Positions 54,499 through 64,000 of a DNA stretch of 64,000 nt are shown here, piece by piece. A model generated the notes under the pieces. That model ran no database searches. It was not told the DNA's origin and saw only the letters and a program-made list of their open reading frames with translations. The stretch is from Antedon mediterranea (lineage: Eukaryota; Animalia; Echinodermata): NCBI RefSeq assembly GCF_964355755.1, contig NC_092672.1, positions 32,060,437-32,124,436 of the forward strand, written 5' to 3'. The position numbers and the translations under genes are program-made. Position 1 is the first letter of the stretch; each line of letters starts with the position of its first letter.

Positions 54499-56676
54499 TC
54501 AGTCATCTACTGTGCATGCTCTGACGCCGACGATAGCTTCTTCGTCCAATGCAGACAGGATAGTTACCTAAAAGTACAAAAACAAAGAATCACATCTTCT
54601 GAACTAAAACATACCAAAATAGTAATGATGAGTCGAGTGTAGAACGCAACGCAACGTAACGCAAGCGATGTATCGACGCAAAGTGCTGTATTGCGTTATT
54701 GGGAACCGACGACGCAACAGTGCTGCAAACATCGCAGGTTTGATTTCACGCAGGCGATCGAGGGCATCGGAAGGGCATTTTCTTACGCTGCGTAGATTGA
54801 GTTACGTTGCGTCGCTAGTGGAAACCAAGCTTGATTCGACAAGTTGTTTATGGAATGGGGATTGAAAATAATTAATTTCTTCCTCATATTATTTGGTCAT
54901 CGTAGTTTAGAAAGTACCCCAGACCGTTAGTTTTTAGTTATACAGTACGTAATCTCATCGAACTCCTTAAGCTTGGTTCCCACTAGCGACGCAACCTACG
55001 CAACGTAAGAAAATGCTCTTCTAATAAAGCGTGGTTCCCACTAGCGACGGAACGTAACGCAACCTACGCAACGTAAGAAAATGCCCTTCTAACAATTGTG
55101 TTTGCCCCCGCCTGCGTGAAATAAAATCTGCAATATTTGCAGCACTATTGCGTCGTCGGTTCCCACTTGTGATTACGCAATACAGCACTTTGCGTCAAAA
55201 CGTCGCTGCGTTGCGTTACGTTGCGTCGCTAGTGGGAACCACGCTTTATTGTTTTTCCCCCGCCTGCGTGAAATCAAACTTTGATCTTTGCAGCACTGTT
55301 GCGTCGTCGGTTCCCACTTCCTTGTGATTAGGCAATACAGCACTTTGCGTCAAAACGTCATTGTGTTGCGTTACGCTGCGTCGCTAGTGGGAACCACGCT
55401 TAAAGCGTGGTTCCCACTAGCACGCAACGCAACGTAACGCAGCGACGTATCGACACAAAGTGCTGTAGGCCTATTGCGTAATCACAAGTGGGAACAGACG
55501 ACACAACATTTCTGCAAACATTGCAAGTTTGATTCACGCTGGCGGGGCAAACACAATTGTCGAAAGGGCATTCTCTTACGTTGCGTAGGTTGCATCGCTA
55601 GTGGGAATTACCAAGCTTTAAGGTCAACTCAGACAGCGTCGAACGACGAGGCCGGCCCGAAGACGACTCGTCTCGTCGGGGTTCAACTCAGACAGCACCA
55701 ACGAGTCAAGACGAAGTTTCGTCGGGCCTCATTCGTGCGACGCTGTCTGAGTCGACGTTTTGGGGGCCATCGTCTACTCTCGATCATTTTACATCATTTT
55801 CTAAAGCCAGTCCAATTTTGGTTGGGTAGGTTTGACAAGATTAAGAATTCAACACCAACGACAATGAGTCGAGTATAGGCCTATCATGTTCAAGATGGCG
55901 ACAAATGATAATAATGATGATGAATAACATTGTAATAATCAACCAACTTACCAGAGCCTCTCCGTCCTCGTCAAATATGTCACGTACCTCGTCACCAAGG
56001 CGACCTTCTGGTACGCGAATACTACTGACAATCCCGTTGATAAGAAGGTGGGCAAACCCGTCACCAATTCCTATCAACTAAAAATATTAAACATTATAAT
56101 AAAAAAGTTTGTGTTACCAAAACATCTGTGTAATTTTTTGTTACGTAATTCATAAAAAAATAAGGTATACCTGGGCATTTCCTTTCTTCACGTTGGGAAC
56201 TTGTATCATGCTGTTAGATGGAGCAAATTGCATGTACTTTCGTCGTGTGAAAATGTCCAAACCAACATAATTCACCTATAAATGTAACAGAAAACGTTTT
56301 TACTTTTAAGTGTCATAAAAAAAAAAAAAAACTTTAATTAGTCGAGTCACGATCAGTTCAGACACCGACGGACGATTCTCCAATCATTGATTTCAGAATT
56401 TTTATTGGCCCTAAGCCAATAATTATTGTGATCGAAATTGTGTAAAGACCTTTTTACACGACCGTACGACTGAATATTAATTAGTACCGTGTATTACGAA
56501 AATCTTACCTTTGCGTGTCCATGTTTCCCTGGCGCAGAAGTCGATAATTCGACAACTTTGCAGGGCCGTTTTTTGATGATTACATATCCTCCTTTTTTAA
56601 GAGAGGAACATTGAGCAGGATAGAAAGAGGCGGCACCAGAGGAAGCGTGTTCATAGTCGAAGAGATCAGATTCCAT
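54499..56676 (-). CDS. EIF5A: Divergent eukaryotic translation factor eIF5A-like protein, 155 aa; exons 56676-56509, 56275-56171, 56077-55952, 54567-54499
   Basis: QCSSLKKGGYVIIKKRPCKVVELSTSAPGKHGHAK / VNYVGLDIFT..VPNVKK..Q / LIGIGDGF..RVPEGRLG / VTILSALDEEAIV; three phase-0 introns at the positions used by vertebrate EIF5A. Confidence 0.9.
55621..55758. mobile_element. Small MITE (AGGTCAACTCAGACAGCGTCG...CGACGCTGTCTGAGTCGACGT); fragment near 61793-61822
   Basis: Imperfect terminal inverted repeat and a second partial copy. Confidence 0.65.
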
Positions 56677-56710
56677 TCTATTAAAAATAAAATAAATATA
56701 AGAGCATTAC

Positions 56711-57768
56711 TACGAAAGCCCATTAATGCCATTTTAAGTATATGTTTTTCGAACGTAATCCGTTATAACGAATTAGTAATTCGTTTGAACGGATTAATAA
56801 TCTGTTCAAACGAATTAGTAATCCGTTCAAACGAATTGCAACATATACAACAAGTGCCATTTAAAGTATATGTTGTAATTCGTTTGAACGGATTACTAAT
56901 TCGTTTGAACAGATTAGTAATCCGTTCAAACGAAATACAACATATTCTTTAAATGGCACTTGTTGTATATGTTGCAATTGGTTTGAACGGATTACTAATT
57001 CGTTTGAACAGATTACTAATCCGTTCAAACGAATTACTAATTTGTTTAAACAGATTAATAATCTGTTCAAACGAATTAGGAATCCGTCCAAACGGATTAG
57101 TAATTTGTTTAAACGGATTACTAATCTGTTTAAACGAATTACTAATTCGTTTAAACGAATTAGTAATCCGTTTAAACAAATTATTAATTTGTTTAAACAA
57201 ATTACTAATTTGTTTAAACGGATTACTAATTCGTTCAAACGAATTACTAATTCATTCAAACAGATTATTAATCCGTTTAAACAAATTATTAATTTGTTTA
57301 AACAAATTATTAATTTGTTTAAACAAATTATTAATTTGTTTAAACAAATTATTAATTTGTTTAAACAAATTATTAATTTGTTTAAACAAATTACTAATTT
57401 GTTTAAACGGATTACTAATTCGTTTGAACGAATTAGTAATCCGTTTAAACAAATTATTAATTCGTTTAAACAAATTAGTAATCCGTTTAAACAAATTAGT
57501 AATTCGTTTGAACGAATTAGTAATTCGTTTGAACAAATTAGTAATCCGTTTAAACAAATTAGTAATTCGTTTGAACGGATTAGTAATCCGTTTAAACGAA
57601 TTACAACATATACTTTAAATGGCACTTGTTGTATATGTTGCAATTCGTTTGAACGGATTACTAATTCGTTTGAACAGATTATTAATCCGTTCAAACGAAT
57701 TACTAATTCGTTAGAACGGATTACGTTCGAAAAACATATACTTCAAATGGCATTAATGGGCTTTCGTA
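56711..57768. mobile_element. Non-autonomous palindromic DNA transposon, IS3EU-like, filled with 21-bp repeats
   Basis: TIR TACGAAAGCCCATTAATGCCATTT...AAATGGCATTAATGGGCTTTCGTA with inverted identity over ~170 bp; flanks CATTAC/CATTCC (6 bp, 1 mismatch); internal unit ~ATCCGTTTAAACGAATTAGTA. Confidence 0.8.
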
Positions 57769-57869
57769 CATTCCTGTGCTGAAAACAAAGATAACCTACT
57801 AATTAAAAGATTTCTAAATTATTAATTCATTTTAAAACGAAATTCGTAGAAAAAAAGAAGAAATATTTA

Positions 57870-58095
57870 CCACTAGTGACAAAACAAGATGAAGAACTTT
57901 TTCGACCATGGGTCGACAGCGTTTGGTGACTGTTGTGCAATTGGTGTCGCTTTTATAACCAATAAATTGCACAACTCGTTGAAATTATTAAACTTTGTAC
58001 TCACACACCCCCTCTATTGGCTGGTAAAATATTTGGGTGTTGCTGTTGAGATCATAATAAACAAACAGACAGACAACGCTCTAAACTCGAACAAG
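57870..58095. promoter_or_regulatory. Probable bidirectional promoter of the eIF5A-like gene and SF3B4
   Basis: Minus-strand donor (GTAAAT) at 57870; CCAAT-type ATTGG near 58016; YY1-like AAGATGGCGG over the SF3B4 start codon. Confidence 0.55.
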
Positions 58096-61000
58096 ATGGC
58101 GGCGGGACCTCCACTTGAAAGAAACCAAGGTTTGTTTTACAATTGGAATACGATAAAACCTAAATAAAAAAAATAATATAATAGGGTAACAGTGCACGAC
58201 GACTAGAGTGAGGCTTAGCCTAGCTTATTTTTAAATGCATGTATTTTAAGTGTCGCATGACTGTACTTCATTGTTGTGTTGTGTACCACCGCCGCGTCGT
58301 GTGTGTGGGTCGAGAGCGAGACACTAGCCTGCTAGTGTACTAGAGAGAGAGGCGATTAGCTAGCCTCGAAAAGGCGTGCTGCTCTGTATGTATGGCATCG
58401 ATGCTAGGCCTAGACTGTATCCATAATCGCCCAATATCTTTTGCTGTTAATAGAGGGGGTGTGAACCAATAGAGGCTACCACCAGTGAACATGATATTAT
58501 TTATATTTGCTTATTAAAAAAATATTTAATAATATTTATTATTTAATAATAATATTAATAAATAAGATGATTAAAATATTAAGATAGGCCTACCAGACCT
58601 ACCTAGACCATAATATATTAATTATGCTTAGGCCTATATCACAAAATATAGTAAAATAAAAAGATACAAACTAATATTAAATTATTAATGTACGATCCAT
58701 ACAACTTTTGTGGCCAACCTGGTATTTTATGAATTACAAATACATATAATCATGATTCATGACATTAATTTTTTTTGTATTATTCAAGATGCAACGGTTT
58801 ATGTTGGTGGTTTGGATGAGAAAGTGAATGAAGCACTGCTATGGGAGTTGTTTCTTCAAGCTGGTCCAGTTGGTCTGTATTTATGCTTTTTACAAAAAAA
58901 AAAGAAGAATTTGTTGAATTTAGGCCAATCATTTCAAATACAAAAAAAAAGTGTATAGAGGGCTGCAATGGTTTTGTTAATAGCAGTTAACAGGTAAAGA
59001 TGTCCTGTCTGCTAGAAGATTTTATCAGCCTGTAAATATGGCGCATATATATATGTTTCTATAATTTACAGTATGATTTATATACATATATAAATCCAAA
59101 GGCAAATTACTGTAGAATGACAATGCTGTGGGTATCAGTGAGTGGATCTCAAATGGAGATACAAATAAGCCTAAAACAAAATGATAAAATGTAAAAGAGC
59201 CATAAATATACTGCTGTACTTAATATTTCAAATAGATATCCCATATAATATCAACGTTGATTAATTTCACAGTGAACACTCACATGCCAAAGGACAGAGT
59301 GACCCAACTTCACCAGGGTTATGGCTTTGTGGAATTCATGGGTGAGGAAGATGCAGACTACGCTATTAAAGTTATGAATATGATTAAAATGTATGGCAAG
59401 CCAATCAGAGTCAATAAGGTAATTCTTTTATGAATATGATTAAAATGTATGGCAAACCAATCAGAGTCAATAAGGTAATTCTTTTATGAATATGATTAAA
59501 ATGTATGGCAAACCAATCAGAGTCAATAAGGTAATTCTTTTATGAATATGATTAAAATGTATGGCAAGCCAATCAGAGTCAATATAAGGTAAATTCTATC
59601 CCATCATGAAATTTGTTTATCACAGGTCTAGCAGAAGTTTTTTTTGTTTAATGTTTAGTAAGTTTTGAACCCTTTTTGAAAACCTGGCAACACTCATTCT
59701 TAACCTGGCAACCATTTATTCTAACCTTTAGGCGTCCGCACATCAAAAGAACCTGGATGTTGGAGCCAATATCTTCATTGGCAATCTGGATCCAGAGATT
59801 GATGAGAAACTGCTGTTTGACACCTTCAGTGCTTTTGGGGTTATTCTGCAAACACCTAAGGTATAGATATATTTGTTTTAAAAAAGAATGTTTGTTTTCT
59901 CTCTCTCTCTTTTGTCGTATCTAATTGTTTTTAAGCAAAAGAAAAAAAAGATATTTAATTTTTGTTTTAAAGATTGTAAATACTGGTTATATCGTTCGAT
60001 GTTTTTATTTAATTTTTAATTGGTATATTATAAATTTTTCAACTCATAAGCCAGAATTGGCTGCTCTTATAGTAAGCAATGTGGTTAAATATATAAATAT
60101 ATTGTCATGTATTGCTTAAAGGTTTGCATGGCGAAATCAAAATGTTGATATAAAGTTTGCGGTACACATATATTTAGAAAAGAGTTTCTCAACATTTTGA
60201 TCAATATACTTTGATTTTCCTCAAGAGTGAGGTAATATATTGAGACTGACAATTTACTTCTGTTCATAAATACATATTTTTCTAACATTTTTTTAAAAGA
60301 TTATGCGAGATCCAGAAACGGGAAATTCTAAGGGTTACGCTTTTATAAACTTCGCCAGCTTTGATACATCTGATGCGGCAATTGAGGCCATGAACGGACA
60401 GTATCTGTGTAACCGTGCAATCACCATCTCATATGCATTTAAAAAAGACTCAAAGGGAGAAAGGCACGGGTCAGCGGCAGGTAAAGTTATATTCATCTAT
60501 TGTATAGCTCCCTCTATTAGCAATTTACTAGTAGTACAGTATATGTCAGATGTTTTCCTTAGTCTGAGGTAATTGTACTTATGTTAAGTAAATGTTGAGA
60601 ACACTCAAAAGGACTCTAATCTAACCATAGCTATTGGTTCAAGCTTGATGGTCTAGAGATATGATGCCAGGCTAGTGATCTGAAGGTCGTGGGTTCGATT
60701 TCCACTCAAGACTTTTTTGCAAATTTTTGTTTTCAATGTGTACTTGTCATAAAGTACAAATTATCAAAACATCTGATCAATTATATAGCTCTTTAATGCA
60801 GAGCAATTTTGCAATAATTATCAATCAAATCAAGAAAAATTAATTCTGACAAGCCGACCCTTTTTAAAATATGATATTTTTTTTATGTCTGCCAACATTT
60901 TTATAATTATTTAATTAATGGTAATGATTTTTAATGTTACAGAAAGGTTATTGGCTGCTCAGAATCCTTTATCCCAAGCCGACAGACCACATCAACTGTT

Positions 61001-62698
61001 TTCAGACGCACCTCCAGTACCCGGAGGAGGAATGCAGCCCCCCATGATGCCTCCACATCATCACGACAGTAAGTAATATTATGTAATATTATTTATTTGA
61101 CTTGTTTTTGGTTAATAATTTTAAAAAATTGTTTAAAGAGTAGTAATGTGCTTGTATCCTTTGGTAAGATACTTTCCTCTAGTTGCCTTGGCAGAACAGT
61201 TTAGTACTATAAAGGTAACCCGGTATTTAAGTTCTCACGCACAAATTGGATGAGGGACTCGTTTGGTCGAAAAGCTATAATACTATGGAATTCGTTATCG
61301 GAAGATGTTGTATCTTCAAGATCAACCAATCAATTTAAGTCGGGTCTTGAACGGGCATGGTCCAACCACCCTCTAAAATTTGCGCCATATTCAAGAGTTT
61401 ATGTAATTATCAAGAGGGGCTTATAGGCATAGCCTCGACTCCGGACCCAGCAATGCTGAGCTCCGTAATCAAATAATCAAGTATAAAGAAGGATTACCAC
61501 ATTTTTAATAGCAAGATCTGGCCTGGATTTGAGACTTAAAGTAATGTTAATGTATTTATATAATGCATTCCTCAAATAATCTCATCTCTCTTCATTGTTA
61601 CACTTTTCAGACTACATGCTTTTCCCCTAAGAGTCACACCATGTTAGTTCTGCCTATTTTTCTGTATAAAACTGTGGCTGTGTGTGAGTAATTCACCGGT
61701 GTAACCCCCCTGCTAATTTTAAATTATAAACAATACTAGTAGATAACTCTACATGAATTACTTACATACAAACCTTGTTTTTAAATGGTAACGGGCCGGC
61801 CTCGTCGTTCGACGCTGTCTGAAATATATTATTTTCTTCTTGTTTCAGTGAATGATCCAATGGGAATGGGCGGTCCACGTGGCTACCCCCACATGCCAAT
61901 GGGTATGCCAATGCCTCCACCAGGCATGCCTCCGCCAGGAATGCCTATGCCCCCGATGTCGATGCACGGTGGTGTTCCACCTCTTATGCCACCACCTATG
62001 CTTCCAAATATGCGCCCTCCTCCTATGCCGCCTGGCATGATGCCTCCGTCGTCCAGCTCTGATCGGTCAATGATGTCCAATCCTAGTAAGTATATTCATT
62101 CATACAAAATTATTACATATTTCAGAATAAATTTCAAAAGAGACTTAATTTATAAGCATGATAAATTATTAAATAGTTTATCCATCCTGTAATTGGCGAG
62201 TTACTCGCTGTTGAGTGCGTAAAACAAGAAAAAAAGAAAGTGGAAAAGATTTGGTAATATAACATTTTTTAATCTAAAAGTTACATTTGTTTTTTTCGCA
62301 GACCGACCGCCAATGCCGCCACCACCTGGGCTTATGCCGCCCCCCCAAATGGGAAACAATATGTCAATGAGAAATCAATACAGTAAGACAACTTATATTT
62401 TTCCTATTAGTAAAATTCGTTTTACAAGATACACAAAGATTAAGAAAGAAAATAAGCAACTCATGTAAAAAAAAACAATTTCCAGCATTTATTCATTAAC
62501 ATTTTTAATATTATCAATGATTTTAACATAAATTGAATAATCAAAAAAATAAACTTTTGATAGGTTCATAGAAAAAACAATTATATTTGCATGTGTCATT
62601 GATCTTTTACATATTCCACAGGTGGCCCACCTGGACCTAGGCCTCCACTTATGAGGACCCCAATGCCACCTAGGATGAGGCAATCCTATCAAAGGTGA
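58096..62698 (+). CDS. SF3B4: Splicing factor 3B subunit 4 (SAP49); exons 58096-58129, 58789-58872, 59273-59418, 59732-59860, 60300-60480, 60943-61068, 61849-62085, 62302-62382, 62622-62698
   Basis: [80 protein letters not shown] and a Pro/Met-rich tail; phases agree. Confidence 0.98.
59372..59596 (+). repeat. 56-bp tandem repeat, 4 copies, spanning the end of SF3B4 exon 3 and its splice donor
   Basis: TTATGAATATGATTAAAATGTATGGCAA(G/A)CCAATCAGAGTCAATAAGGTAATTCTT starts at 59372, 59428, 59484 and 59540. Confidence 0.97.
60642..60712 (+). pseudogene. tRNA-like sequence (anticodon AGT), probably a tRNA pseudogene or SINE head
   Basis: Cloverleaf can be drawn: acceptor stem 5/7 pairs, anticodon arm CAGG-CTAGTGA-TCTG, T arm GTGGG-TTCGATT-TCCAC; followed by T6; D-loop GG absent. 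Confidence 0.6.
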
Positions 62699-62974
62699 TC
62701 CAACAGTCATGTAAGATAGAACATCAATTTAGCCTAGGATGGAACAGAAAGAATCATTCCAGCAGCAAGTATTACTCACAATGAAACCTGAAGACCTTTT
62801 TGGTGTTGCGCTTTAACAACCAGAAACTTGTATGAGGAAATTGCAGTCATTGTGGAATATTTGTAATTTGCAATAAGCCTAACAAGAGGATAAACTATGG
62901 TTTGTTGACTAAATACGAGTAAATCTTAAAATCTTTGCGTCAGTAATGTATTAAAAAAAAAGTGGTAATAGAGC

Positions 62975-63129
62975 CAGTGGCGTAACGGCTATGAGCGCTC
63001 ACTGGCTAAACCCAGGCCCCTAAAGATTAAGGGGCCCAGAGCATGAACACTCCAATGCAACTACCCAGCAGTGGAGGGCCCTTTAGGAGTGCTAAACCAG
63101 GGGCCTTTGCCCTGTGCGTTATGCACTGG
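62975..63129. mobile_element. hAT-like MITE (CAGTG...CACTG, 8-bp TSD AATAGAGC/GATAGAGC); related copy ~48560-48746
   Basis: CA..TG termini, near-perfect 8-bp flanking duplication, shared GGGGCCCAGAGCA and CTAAACCAGGGGCC core in both copies. Confidence 0.7.
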
Positions 63130-64000
63130 ATAGAGCTATCCATAAACATTTTTTATTAACTGTACTGCAGCATTTAAGTTTTTTACGATAACAATTTTAA
63201 TTGCCCAGTGCAGTGCCACCATGCAACGTTTTATGCACTTTGTGTCATGTGACCCACAATGCAATTTAACCCTTGCAGACAATTACTTTTAAAAAAAAGG
63301 TTAACTGCAAATTTTGGTGACAGTTTGGTTTCAAAATTCAAGATGTTTGCCAACATTTTTTTATGTAAAGTATTGAAACAAATAAAGAAAAAATACAGAA
63401 TATTTGCATACTGTAGTTGTAGTATTTGTAGTACTTGTTTGCTCACCTTTCGATGTATTTTGCTTTTACAAGGGAAACAAAAGTGTTCTCTATAAATAAA
63501 CTATAAAAAATATCATATGGCTGTTGTAACTATACTCATGGGTGAGGAAAAGTGAGCACTAAAGCGTGGTTCCCACTAGCGACGCAACGCAAGTGAATTG
63601 ACCAATCACAAGCGATGTCTTATTATGATTGGTAACTGTCTATAACTTCGCTTGTCATTGGTTAAAACGCTTGCGTTGCGTTTACGTCCTTGCGTTACGT
63701 TCTAGTGGGAACCAAGCTTTAGAGCAATCCTTAAATTAAAGGCCAAAAAACTAGTTTCATATTTTACCAGATAAAATAGTTTTTTTAAGAAAATGGTCAT
63801 TCATTAAACATACCAATTGCATGGTCACAGTTCTGTTGTGCACCCCATAGATAGATAGAAACTACAGTACACTCTCCTTGGATTACAGTACTTTTGAATA
63901 AGTGATGTCGTCCAAAGCATTAAAAATAGCGCCACCTAAAATAAAGTATGTTACTCCTAAAAAGTTGTCTACCGCCCACTATCGGTAGTTTTATCAATTT

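Noticed and set aside
56711-57768. CRISPR-like array
   Set aside because: Contiguous repeats without unique spacers, eukaryotic context, no cas genes.
56861-57782. Leucine-rich or heptad ORFs of 221-277 aa on both strands
   Set aside because: By-products of a stop-free 21-bp repeat inside a TIR element; no non-repetitive coding sequence.

Overview
AT-rich, intron-containing metazoan genomic DNA, probably from an invertebrate; the taxon cannot be determined from sequence alone. I rebuilt spliced genes by hand, checking GT-AG sites and exon phase: the 3' part of a cationic amino-acid transporter (SLC7A1-4-like, +), PPP1R7/Sds22 (-) head-to-head with SLC33A1 (+), a 530-aa coiled-coil gene (+), ZMYND12 (-), a 119-aa two-exon orphan missed by the ORF track (-), a ~1844-aa type I membrane mucin (+), GAPDH (+), an FN3/TM protein (+), and a divergent eIF5A-like gene (-) head-to-head with SF3B4 (+). 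Mobile DNA includes an intact BEL/Pao LTR retrotransposon, a foldback element with a 9-bp TSD, an IS3EU-like palindromic element filled with 21-bp repeats, tRNA-derived SINEs and many MITEs. The most interesting signals are the eIF5A-like gene with an altered hypusine loop (STSAPGKHGHAK), the BEL element with TG..TA termini and no visible tRNA primer-binding site, a four-fold tandem copy of an SF3B4 exon end plus 5' splice site, and the hidden orphan gene. No database searches were run.
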